A stretch of DNA of 60,796 nucleotides from an uncultured Bacteroidaceae bacterium (GCA_904502185.1 CAJGDX010000001.1:1-60796), one strand, 5' to 3'. Counted from the first letter of the stretch, positions 9,950-18,999 are shown. Program-made: numbers and translations. The notes: generated from the sequence alone by a model not told the origin.

Positions 9950-9950
9950 C

Positions 9951-11747
9951 TTAATTGCGTTCAATAGAGCTGCTCTTTTCAAATGCAGGGTTCTGCTTGA
10001 GAGCGGGGTTCAACTTAAGCTCATCCTCGTGAATGGGGCAGAAGAGTGAGTTGATAGATGCCATCTTACTCTGTACCGCACCGGCATTGCTGTCGAGTTT
10101 CTTGATTACAAGGTCGAGTACATTCTTTGTAGTACGCTCGCAGAGAGCTTTCTGTACAAGGTCGTACCAACGTTTGCCTTCGTATGTAAGCTCGCGGAGA
10201 CGCTCGTCGAAAACAAGTGCCTTCATAGATGCCTGAGTTGTGTACTCCTCGGGAAGCAATGAGTCACGTTTCTCGATGATTGAACGTCTGTTGACTGCCT
10301 GAACAAGCTCGAATGACTTAGCAAGGTCATCAGCAGCTTCGCTGCGGCTTGCAAGCGCAAGAGCCTTCATCAACATAACGTCAGTCTTACGATAGATAAT
10401 CCAGTCTGCGGGACATTTGATATCACCATACCAGCAATCTGCGTTAGCACCACCGTTGAGGGTAGATGACTTTGTTGCATATTTTGCAATAGTGTACTCA
10501 GCCTTGTCGTCACCGCTACCGCTAATGGGGTATGATGTAAAGCTGTAACGACGGATGTCAGATGATTTGTAGAGGTCGCCTACGATAGCAGACTTACCGG
10601 GAACCATGAATGAACCTGATGTCTTGTTGTAACCGTAGAAGTCCTTAACTGCACCATTGGCGTTTGTGCTACCATCGTAAACGAGTTTGAAGATTACCTC
10701 GTCTGTAGGAAGTGAACGTCCACCTATTACCACTGCGCCGGTTGCACCAAAGATAGCATTGTATGCAGGAGAAATCATTGAGTTACGGTTAACACCCTCG
10801 TTAGCTGTCAAGTAGTAGGGGTTGTCTGTACCGGGACCCATGTCGTTTACTGTGATGCTGTATTTCTCCTTAGCCTCGTCGATGGCTGCGTGCATTGCGT
10901 TGATTACTTCGTCGCAGTATGTAACAGCGTCGTTGTAGAACTCGATAGCCTGAGCCGAGGGAGTGTCGCTGTTATCTTTATACTGTGTGAATGCAGCACG
11001 CCACAAGCTTACGTCTGCCATCATTGCATTCACAGCGTTGCGTGTGATGCGGCATGTGTTAAAGTCGTATACCTTTGTTGTCTGTGCAGATGTAGTAACC
11101 ATTGTACGACCGGTGAAACCACCGCTGCGCATTACAAGGGTTGATGCACGCTGCAAGTCAGACATGATGCTGTCGAGTGCCACGAGGGGATCAACCTGGG
11201 GATATTCGGGCTTCAACTGCTCGTCTGCGTCGAGTGCCTCGTATGACAAGGGGATGTCGCGGAACGAACGTACAAGGTAGAAGTGGCAAAGAGCACGGAG
11301 TGCGTAAGCCTCACCCATTACGATGTCAAGGTCACCTGTCATGAAGTCAGGGTCCTGGTTAACTACATCGGGAGCATACTTGAGAAGCATGTTACAGTAG
11401 TTGATGGTCTGGTAGAATTTATTCCATTGGAAGTAGTCGTTTGTCTCCAAAAGGTTGGCTTCTACGATGTATCTCAAGTCTGTTGAGGCACTTGTACGTG
11501 TGATCATGTTGTCGGCACGCAACTCACCCCAAATCATCATACGCTTAACAGTATTATCATCAATCATGTTTTTGTAGCATGCTGCCAACATACTGTTAAC
11601 GTCCTCGGCGCTTTTCCAATAGTTCTCCAAGATGGTGGAGTTTGTAGGATAGATGGTGAGGAAGTCCGTACATGATGTCATCATTGATGAGCATCCAAGG
11701 GCTGCCGCCATTACCGCCGAACCTATTATATTTTTAATTTTTTTCAT
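9951..11747 (-). CDS. SusD/RagB-family outer-membrane lipoprotein (copy 1)
   Basis: 598 aa. Lipoprotein signal ...MMTSC. SusD signatures are present (IWGELRADNM, YQTINYCNMLL, C-terminal ERLRELTYEGKRWYDLVQ). It lies 12 nt downstream of SusC. Confidence 0.92.
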   Translation of the reverse strand: MKKIKNIIGSAVMAAALGCSSMMTSCTDFLTIYPTNSTILENYWKSAEDVNSMLAACYKNMIDDNTVKRMMIWGELRADNMITRTSASTDLRYIVEANLLETNDYFQWNKFYQTINYCNMLLKYAPDVVNQDPDFMTGDLDIVMGEAYALRALCHFYLVRSFRDIPLSYEALDADEQLKPEYPQVDPLVALDSIMSDLQRASTLVMRSGGFTGRTMVTTSAQTTKVYDFNTCRITRNAVNAMMADVSLWRAAFTQYKDNSDTPSAQAIEFYNDAVTYCDEVINAMHAAIDEAKEKYSITVNDMGPGTDNPYYLTANEGVNRNSMISPAYNAIFGATGAVVIGGRSLPTDEVIFKLVYDGSTNANGAVKDFYGYNKTSGSFMVPGKSAIVGDLYKSSDIRRYSFTSYPISGSGDDKAEYTIAKYATKSSTLNGGANADCWYGDIKCPADWIIYRKTDVMLMKALALASRSEAADDLAKSFELVQAVNRRSIIEKRDSLLPEEYTTQASMKALVFDERLRELTYEGKRWYDLVQKALCERTTKNVLDLVIKKLDSNAGAVQSKMASINSLFCPIHEDELKLNPALKQNPAFEKSSSIERN

Positions 11748-11759
11748 ATTATGCTATTT

Positions 11760-14700
11760 TTAGAATCCTACAGAAATACCGATTGTGTATGAACGTGAAC
11801 GAGGTGTCTTTGAGTTGTCCTCGGCGCGTCCCCAGCTACCTACTGAGATTTCAGGGTCAAGACCTGTGTACTTAGACCAGAAGCAGAGGTTGTCGGCTGA
11901 TGCGTTAAGACGAAGTGTCTGCAAGCCGTAACGTTTCAGGAATGCGGGGTCGAAGTTGTAAGAGAGCTGCAAGTAAGAGAGACGCAGGTAAGAAGCATCC
12001 TCTACGTAGCGGCTGCTACCCAACCAGTTGTAACCTGTGTTGTAAAGTGCGCGGGGCATTTCAGTGATGTCACCCTCTTTACGCCAGCGCCAGTTAACTG
12101 CGATACTCTGGTTTACGTTGGTATACATGTTCTCAACTGCCATACGTGCCTGGTTCATTACGTCGATGTCGTAACGATATGTGAAGTTAGCCTTCAACTG
12201 GAAACGTTTGTAGTTGAATGTAATACCGAAACCACCCTGTGCTTTGGGGTTAGAGTTACCGAGGTAAACAAGGTCGAGCTCGTTGATGTTACCGTCGAAG
12301 TTGATATCTTCGTAGATAGCGTCACCACCCTTGAACTCGTAAGCTGATGTTCCTGCCTCTGTATCGTAGTTGTAAACCATCTGTTTGGGTGTGCCGTCAG
12401 CATTGTAAACTACATTGCCGTTAGCGTCACGTACAACGGGGCAAGAGAATGATGCATAGTTCTTGTCGATGAAGTTCTTAACGGCTCTCTGGTCGTTAAC
12501 ATCGATACCCTGCTTGCGCATCATGTCCTCTGAGATCTTGTTAGCCTTCTCCCAGTTCTTGTAGCTGTATGCGTAAACACCTTTGTAACGGAAACCGTAG
12601 ATTGAACCCAAGGGGTTACCTACCTGAATACGTCCAAGGTATGAACCGTTCTTGAAGTCGTAGTCGCCGTTAGTTGCGTCGAGTACTGTATTCTCCATAG
12701 CCTCAACTGAGTTGAAGTTCTGACCAATGTTGAAGTAAACGCTCATGTCGAGGTCTTTAGCCAACTTGATCTTAGAAGTGCTAAGGTTCAACTCCCAACC
12801 CTTGTTGCGAAGCTCACCGGTGTTTCTGTAACGGAGGCTTTCGTAACCTGTAGAAGTAGGAATCTTATAGTTGCTCATCAACTGGTCGCGTGTGTTGTTG
12901 TCGTAGTAGTTGAATGCAGCAACGATGAGGCTGTTGAACAACTCGATGTCAGAACCGATGTTGAACTCACGTTTCTGCTCCCAACGGAGTGTTGTCAAAC
13001 GCATACCACCGGGGATGAATGCAGACATACCTGCGTATGAACCGCCGGGGTTGTAGGTTGAGTACATGAGGTAGTCCTCACCGGGTGCAGAACCTGACCA
13101 ACCGTAACCGGGACGGATTGAGAACATTGAGAGCCAATCTCTAGACCACTCCATCCAGTCCTCGTCGCTGATGTTCCAACGACCTGAAACTGCGGGGAAG
13201 AAGCCCCATTTCTCGTCGGCACCGAACTTGGTGTTACCCTCTGCGCGGAGTGTGAAACCGAGTGAGTATTTTGACTTGTATGAGTAGTGGCTCTGGTAAG
13301 CCAATGACATTGAACGCCACTGACCTGTAGATGTACCTGCATCGCTGAGTTTTGAACCGAGTGTGGGTGAAGTTGTGTTACCTGAGGGAAGACCGTAGGT
13401 AGTCTCACGCTGCTCGCTGCTGCTTCCTGAGTAGAGCTCGTACTGAGCTGTCATTGTAAGGAAGTGGTCCTCGTTGTTGAAGTGAGGTGTGAAGATCAAG
13501 TTGTGACGTGTGGTGAACTGCAAAGATTTGTAGTCCTTCATGTATGACTTGTTGATCTGGTCGTTGGTCCACTGTGTTGTGGTGAGTGACGAGGGCAGAT
13601 AGCTTGTCTCGGTGAAGGTGTTCGCGTTCATGTTAACCATTGCACGATACTTCAACTGTGTTTCGTCATCCTCGAGGCCAAGGAGGTTGTACTCCAATGT
13701 CAACTGAGGTGTGATAGAGTATGTCTCTTCGTTGTTGCGAGCATATTTTGCAACTGCGATGGGGTTCTTAATGTTTTTCTGGTTGCCATCGAAGATTGCG
13801 TTGGCGTTGTTCATCATCTGCATGTAGTCGTCGGTCATTGTACCGTCTTTCTCGTAACGGTTAACTGACATGTTAGGCATGATGAGCTGTGAGTAAGCAA
13901 GGATACCCTTGTTACCGTTACCATCGTAGTCGTACTCGTAGTTCTTTCTGTTATTTGTGTATGTGAAAGAGAAGTCAGAGATAACCTTGATACGGTCTGA
14001 TACGTAGTAGTCAAGAGCCATTGTTGAGGTGAAACGGTCGAGCAACTGACGGATAATGGTACCTGTTTCGTTGTAGTAACCGCCTGAGATACGGAAGGTA
14101 GCTTTCTCACCACCACCCACGAGAGAGATGTTGTGTTCGTTGGTGTAACCGTGCTTTGAAACCTGATCAACCCAGTCTGTGTTGTTGCTGTAGTTGTAGA
14201 ATGTTTCGGGAAGCTCGATGTTGTAGTTCAACTCCTCTACTGAACCGATTGCGGGGTCCTGCTTGGGGTTGAAGTGTGACTCTTTGAGCAACATAGTGTA
14301 GTCGTCACCGTTAAGAAGGCTAAGACCGTTGGGAATCCATTTGTCCTTGAAACGGTAGCTGTACTGCAAGCGTGTCTTACCGCGAGCACCACGTTTTGTC
14401 TTAATCTTGATGACACCGTTAGCACCGCGTGAACCCCAGATAGCACAAGCAGAAGCATCCTTCAATACCTCGATTGACTCGATGTCGTCGGGGTTAACGG
14501 TAAGCAACTGTGCGAATGACTCGTTGTTTGCAGACTCGAAGTCGAAGTTCTCGCCGGTAGGCATTTCGAAGATGTTGTCGTTTACAACGATAAGGGGCTG
14601 AGCATTACCTGTGATTGATGAGGTACCACGCAGACGCATTGTTGTACCTGAACCAAGGTCACCAGAGTTGAAGGTAATGTCAAGACCGGCAATCTGTCCC

Positions 14701-15161
14701 TGAAGAGCCTCGTCAACTGATGCGAAAGAGAGACCTTCCATTTCGCTCATGCTGAACTTCTGGGTTGCCTGTGATACCTCACGTGAGAGAATGTCAAGAG
14801 CACCAGACTGTGTACGGGGCTTTGCTGTAACCTCGACAGCCTCGAGAACGTTGTCCTCTACCATCTTGACATTGAACACTGTACGAGAACCAATCTCGAG
14901 AACTACTGTCTTATATCCGATATAAGAAATTTCGAGACGGTTACTTGTATTCTTTACAACCATGGCGAAGTTACCCTCCATATCGGTCATGGTAGCCTCG
15001 ATAATACGGTTGTTCTTGTCGCGCTCGGTTACGTTAACCATGATGAGCGGACCTTCGGAGTCGCTATAGACGTTTCCGGAAATTCTCGCACCTTTCTGTG
15101 CAAATGCGGTACTTACGCAGCAGCAGAGAAGGAGAAATAATAAATGTTTTATCTTTATCAT
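11760..15161 (-). CDS. SusC/RagA-type TonB-dependent outer-membrane transporter (copy 1)
   Basis: 1133 aa. Signal peptide MIKIKHLLFLLLCCCVSTAFAQ. CarboxypepD_reg-like N-domain (ISGNVYSDSEGPLIMVNVTE). Plug motifs NAQPLIVVNDNIF and IEVLKDASACAIWGSRGANGVIKIKTKRG. Canonical aromatic C-terminus ...YTIGISVGF. No STN domain. Confidence 0.95.
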   Translation of the reverse strand: MIKIKHLLFLLLCCCVSTAFAQKGARISGNVYSDSEGPLIMVNVTERDKNNRIIEATMTDMEGNFAMVVKNTSNRLEISYIGYKTVVLEIGSRTVFNVKMVEDNVLEAVEVTAKPRTQSGALDILSREVSQATQKFSMSEMEGLSFASVDEALQGQIAGLDITFNSGDLGSGTTMRLRGTSSITGNAQPLIVVNDNIFEMPTGENFDFESANNESFAQLLTVNPDDIESIEVLKDASACAIWGSRGANGVIKIKTKRGARGKTRLQYSYRFKDKWIPNGLSLLNGDDYTMLLKESHFNPKQDPAIGSVEELNYNIELPETFYNYSNNTDWVDQVSKHGYTNEHNISLVGGGEKATFRISGGYYNETGTIIRQLLDRFTSTMALDYYVSDRIKVISDFSFTYTNNRKNYEYDYDGNGNKGILAYSQLIMPNMSVNRYEKDGTMTDDYMQMMNNANAIFDGNQKNIKNPIAVAKYARNNEETYSITPQLTLEYNLLGLEDDETQLKYRAMVNMNANTFTETSYLPSSLTTTQWTNDQINKSYMKDYKSLQFTTRHNLIFTPHFNNEDHFLTMTAQYELYSGSSSEQRETTYGLPSGNTTSPTLGSKLSDAGTSTGQWRSMSLAYQSHYSYKSKYSLGFTLRAEGNTKFGADEKWGFFPAVSGRWNISDEDWMEWSRDWLSMFSIRPGYGWSGSAPGEDYLMYSTYNPGGSYAGMSAFIPGGMRLTTLRWEQKREFNIGSDIELFNSLIVAAFNYYDNNTRDQLMSNYKIPTSTGYESLRYRNTGELRNKGWELNLSTSKIKLAKDLDMSVYFNIGQNFNSVEAMENTVLDATNGDYDFKNGSYLGRIQVGNPLGSIYGFRYKGVYAYSYKNWEKANKISEDMMRKQGIDVNDQRAVKNFIDKNYASFSCPVVRDANGNVVYNADGTPKQMVYNYDTEAGTSAYEFKGGDAIYEDINFDGNINELDLVYLGNSNPKAQGGFGITFNYKRFQLKANFTYRYDIDVMNQARMAVENMYTNVNQSIAVNWRWRKEGDITEMPRALYNTGYNWLGSSRYVEDASYLRLSYLQLSYNFDPAFLKRYGLQTLRLNASADNLCFWSKYTGLDPEISVGSWGRAEDNSKTPRSRSYTIGISVGF

Positions 15162-15178
15162 AGCTGTTATCTCTTTAC

Positions 15179-18100
15179 TTATTTAATAGGAAGACCGTCG
15201 GGACCAACCTTAACGATTGAGTCGGCGCCAATTACGTAACCGAGTGTGTCGACTGCAAGAGGACGACCATCCCAGTGGATGAACTGAGCCTCTTCGTTGA
15301 TGAGGTAGCCATCTTCTGTGATAAGTATCTTAGCTTCTGTGCCGTCTTCAGCTGTACGGGTAACGTACTCTTCGTGTGAGAGTTTTGTTTTGTTTGCGCT
15401 GGGCTTCATGATGTAACCTGTCTTCTGGTATTTCTCGCCTTCAGCTGTGTCGAAGATCAAGCTGTTGCGATAACCGATGAGATAGGGAACCTTCTCTTCG
15501 CCTACGAATATCTGGTCTACGAGCTCACCGTCTGCTGCGAAGCGGCGGAAACGTCCGTCGTAACCGAGTACGCCTGAGTTGTAGAGTGCGCTGTCAATCT
15601 GGTGTACAACAGCAAATGATGATGTTGTAATCTGTGTAGCATTTGCGGGGTCAGTACCCTTGAGATAGATGTCACGAGCAAGGATGTTCCAAGACTGGTG
15701 CTCCTCACCGGGAGTGTTGATGATTCTTGCCTTGCGACCGAGGTTGTCACGGATGGTGATTGTGTGACCACCGAACTCGTCAGCCTCTGACTTGATGATT
15801 GTCTCGAAGAAGCGACCTGTTGCATCGTCGATGGCAGCTGTCTCGTAACGTACTGTGTCGTAAGCAACACCTGCTGATACTACTGAGAAGGGTTTTGTAT
15901 CTACATACACTGCGTTATCCTGGAAGTGGTAACGAGCAAACTTGTTGATCATACGGATGATAGAAGCTGCACGGCCTTCGTTGCCTGCTGCTACCTCAAG
16001 CTCGATGTCTTCGTATGTGGGAAGACCAAGTGCGTATGCATTCTGGATAGCCTCGTTTGTAGGCACGTATACTGAATAGTGGTATGTGCTGAAGAAAGGT
16101 ACTACGAGGTCAGATACACACTCTTTTGTTGTCTTGTGCTGGTAGAAGATTGAGTATTTCTTCAAAGAGTCCTTCTCTACCTTTGTAGCATCAGCCAAGG
16201 GGAAGACCTGTTTGAGAAGGTCAGCTGATACAATGTTACATACGTTGTAGAACTCGCTGAAGTTTGCGTTTTTGCTAACGTATGAGTTAACTGATTTTGT
16301 GGGAGGTGATACAACACCTGACTTGTAACCGTGTGTATTAGCGTCGGTTGTGTGTGTACAGTATGTTACACCGTTCTTCTCTGTGAAGCGCTGTTTAACG
16401 TCAACACCGGGGAAGTCTGAACCGAGCTCAACCTGCTCACCACCGTAGAATTTAACCTCGAGTGTGTTGTCAGCTACATTACCCTTAACTGCACATTTTA
16501 CTGTACCGTAACCCTTTGTCAAGTAGTACTGGTTGCCGTCCTCGATGTTGTCTACTATAATAAGGTACTCCATGAGGTCGTGCAGACGGTTACCGATGTC
16601 TTCGGTCTCCTTTATCTTATCGCTGGCCTTGTACTGTTTCTTGGCTGCGATACCTACTGAGTCGCCCAATGCGTATGTCACGGGGTCGAACTTGTATGTG
16701 TCAGCCCAGAGGTAGTCGTCCTTGTCCTTCTCGGTGCGTTTGCCGTAACGGAACTTCCAAGCAAGGGGCTGTGTACTGCTCAAAGATACGGGATCGTAGT
16801 AGATGAAGTATTCGTCATCGGGTACGATGAAGCTGAAGTATGAGTCCATAGCAAGCAGGTATGCGTCGTAGGTAAGGTCGTTGATAACCTTGTTCATGAT
16901 ACGCATGTTCTGCATGATGAGGGGAGGTGTCATTACCGCCTGATATTTTGCAGGACCGAATACATTATTTAATATATATATAACACCGTTGTTTGCAACT
17001 ACACACTCTTCAACATCGGCAGGTGTGATACCCATGGGGTCGCGGGCGTCGTTTGTAACCTTGTCGAAGTTGCTGGGAAGTGTTCCGAGGAACGAAGCCT
17101 TCATAAGGTTGGCGATGAATGCCTGAACGATGTTCAAGGGGATGCTGTCGAGACATGCAGCGATTGACATATAGTCGCTCTCTGTCAAGTTCTGAACTGC
17201 GTCCTTACCGTAACGCTCAACGATGGCTGCACCTACAGCGTAGGGACGTTTCTCATCCTCGGGAAGAGCGTTGTTGGCTGCGATAACAGAAGCATCCTGG
17301 TACTCCTCGGGAGCGAAGAAGCGGTAGATCATCTCGTCGTTAGGAACGAGCATTGCTGCCATGTCAGCCTCTTTGCCGTTTGAACCCGCATACTGTGTGA
17401 ATCCGGGGTCGTAGGGGAGGTATACACCGTTGAAGTTCTTTTTCTCAGAAACGTTGTTCTGGAAGTCTGTATATGCGTTGAACTCGTTCTCAGTCTCAGT
17501 AGAGTACTTGATTGTGTGTACGTACTGTCTGTCGGGAGTGTTCTTGTCCTGATTGAGAACTTTGTCGTATGCATCCTGAAGGAAATCGCCTTCAGTTGTC
17601 TTCACTGACTTAGAGTCGCCACCCCAGAGAGGATATGCGAAACGGTCGAGCATGCGGCTGAAGAGCTGTGTATCGGGGTGTTTGCGAAGCTCCTGTGCCA
17701 TATCTGAGGGAGGAACAAGCACACCGTCCAGACGATACATGTAACCGTTCTTACAGATGATGGTGCGGTCGTCATCAGAGTATTCACCAAGGTCGATACC
17801 ACTGGGAACTACCTCTTTGTCGAAGATGAATGACTCGTTACCCTCGTCTGTACGGCCCTTCTGATTGTTGAAGAAGACGTCGAAGTCTGAGTTTTCAACA
17901 TGGTTGTTGCTCAAGTACTCGCCGAGGAAGTGTACCATCATGGGATCTGATGCACCTACTACAACGCGCAAACCGTTACCGAACAAGCTGTCGGGACGGA
18001 AGGGATCGAAGAATGCGTTGTGTTTGGGGAGGTGGAATCCGCCGGGAGCGTCCTCGTAGAAATAAGCCACTGTGTCCATCATAGAAGCTGATGTTGTACG

Positions 18101-18547
18101 GCGCAAGCAGCTTCCCTCGATGGGGGGGTTACCCTGACGGCTTGACAACATATCGAGAAGATATGCATTGTCGAGCATAGAGTTGTAGAGAATTACTTTC
18201 TTCTGTGCCAAAGAGAGGTCTGCGTAGCTGCTAACGCCCCATGTGTTATCAGCATAGAACTCTTCGAAGGCAACGTCATCGGCAATAAAGAGTGTTTTAC
18301 TACCGGTACGTGCAAGTACTTCCTTGAGGCCAAGGTCCTCAATGATGTTCACGTAGTTCTGATAGGTGTGGTCTCCAGTTCCCTCTTTGAGGCGATCATA
18401 GATACTGGCACCCAGCCACGTCGGTTCGCTGTCGTCATACTTGTATTCGTCCAATTCGTCAAAACAAGAATGCAGCAAGCCGCCTGTAACAAGCGCACAC
18501 ATAAAAACAAGTGCGCGGCTAAATTTACTTAAGCAGTGTTTAAACAT
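15179..18547 (-). CDS. Giant surface lipoprotein with about four fasciclin (FAS1) modules; first gene of the operon
   Basis: 1122 aa. Lipobox LLHSC is followed by FDELDEYKYDD. There are four H1/H2-like motif sets: KTLFIADDVAFEEF / KNGYMYRLDGVLVPP; AAMLVPNDEMIYRF / NNGVIYILNNVFGP; FSFIVPDDEYF; YSVYVPTNEAIQNAY / AVVHQIDSALYNS. Confidence 0.75.
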   Translation of the reverse strand: MFKHCLSKFSRALVFMCALVTGGLLHSCFDELDEYKYDDSEPTWLGASIYDRLKEGTGDHTYQNYVNIIEDLGLKEVLARTGSKTLFIADDVAFEEFYADNTWGVSSYADLSLAQKKVILYNSMLDNAYLLDMLSSRQGNPPIEGSCLRRTTSASMMDTVAYFYEDAPGGFHLPKHNAFFDPFRPDSLFGNGLRVVVGASDPMMVHFLGEYLSNNHVENSDFDVFFNNQKGRTDEGNESFIFDKEVVPSGIDLGEYSDDDRTIICKNGYMYRLDGVLVPPSDMAQELRKHPDTQLFSRMLDRFAYPLWGGDSKSVKTTEGDFLQDAYDKVLNQDKNTPDRQYVHTIKYSTETENEFNAYTDFQNNVSEKKNFNGVYLPYDPGFTQYAGSNGKEADMAAMLVPNDEMIYRFFAPEEYQDASVIAANNALPEDEKRPYAVGAAIVERYGKDAVQNLTESDYMSIAACLDSIPLNIVQAFIANLMKASFLGTLPSNFDKVTNDARDPMGITPADVEECVVANNGVIYILNNVFGPAKYQAVMTPPLIMQNMRIMNKVINDLTYDAYLLAMDSYFSFIVPDDEYFIYYDPVSLSSTQPLAWKFRYGKRTEKDKDDYLWADTYKFDPVTYALGDSVGIAAKKQYKASDKIKETEDIGNRLHDLMEYLIIVDNIEDGNQYYLTKGYGTVKCAVKGNVADNTLEVKFYGGEQVELGSDFPGVDVKQRFTEKNGVTYCTHTTDANTHGYKSGVVSPPTKSVNSYVSKNANFSEFYNVCNIVSADLLKQVFPLADATKVEKDSLKKYSIFYQHKTTKECVSDLVVPFFSTYHYSVYVPTNEAIQNAYALGLPTYEDIELEVAAGNEGRAASIIRMINKFARYHFQDNAVYVDTKPFSVVSAGVAYDTVRYETAAIDDATGRFFETIIKSEADEFGGHTITIRDNLGRKARIINTPGEEHQSWNILARDIYLKGTDPANATQITTSSFAVVHQIDSALYNSGVLGYDGRFRRFAADGELVDQIFVGEEKVPYLIGYRNSLIFDTAEGEKYQKTGYIMKPSANKTKLSHEEYVTRTAEDGTEAKILITEDGYLINEEAQFIHWDGRPLAVDTLGYVIGADSIVKVGPDGLPIK

Positions 18548-18630
18548 AAATATAAATTTTATAAATAATTAAAATTTTTCTACATACGTTTTCATTAAGC
18601 TACACTTTAGAGCATAGTCTATGTAACGTG

Positions 18631-18661
18631 CAAAAATAACTCTTTTATAGTAATGTTCAAA
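18631..18661 (-). promoter_or_regulatory. Bacteroidetes primary-sigma promoter for the FAS1/SusCD operon (-33 TTTG, 19-nt spacer, -7 TATTTTTG)
   Basis: The minus strand reads TTTG-aacattactataaaagagt-TATTTTTG, which matches the TTTG / TAnnTTTG consensus and spacing. It lies about 85 nt upstream of the ATG at 18547. Confidence 0.55.
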
Positions 18662-18768
18662 TAAATTCGAGAAAAAATCACTACGCAGGGGATATTTTCA
18701 CACTTAAATTTGATTTTTTATCAAAAAAAGCACCCTTCACCTATTAAACCTTGCATTTTAGCGTGTTT

Positions 18769-18820
18769 TTAACATTAACATTTGACTGTTAAAATTTAAC
18801 GACGATTTAACATTTAACAC
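18769..18820. promoter_or_regulatory. Array of six TTAAC/GTTAA half-sites (candidate transcription-factor binding region)
   Basis: TTAACATTAACATT (18769-18782), a perfect palindrome GTTAAA-A-TTTAAC (18788-18800), and TTAACATTTAACAC (18807-18820). The array lies about 110-160 bp upstream of the predicted -33 box. Confidence 0.4.
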
Positions 18821-18863
18821 TTTAAAAAAAAGAGGGGCAGTGAACCTTTTCCAGGTATATTTT

Positions 18864-18889
18864 GCCGAAAAAAAAGTTACATTTTCGGC
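18864..18889 (-). terminator. Secondary hairpin downstream of gene 19000-20958
   Basis: GCCGAAAA / TTTTCGGC 8-bp stem with a 10-nt loop. Confidence 0.4.
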
Positions 18890-18903
18890 TACAAAAACAG
18901 AGA

Positions 18904-18952
18904 AATTCCGCCCGTTTTTTGCTGTTTTCTCAAGCAAAAAACGGGCGGAATT
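18904..18952 (-). terminator. Strong intrinsic terminator of gene 19000-20958 (insulates it from the FAS1/SusCD operon)
   Basis: 20-bp perfect stem AATTCCGCCCGTTTTTTGCT / AGCAAAAAACGGGCGGAATT with a 9-nt loop. It is followed on the minus strand by TCTCTGTTTTTG. Confidence 0.8.
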
Positions 18953-18999
18953 CAGTCGAAAAAGGGTATAAAACCCGAGAAAATTCAGTAGTAAAAGTG

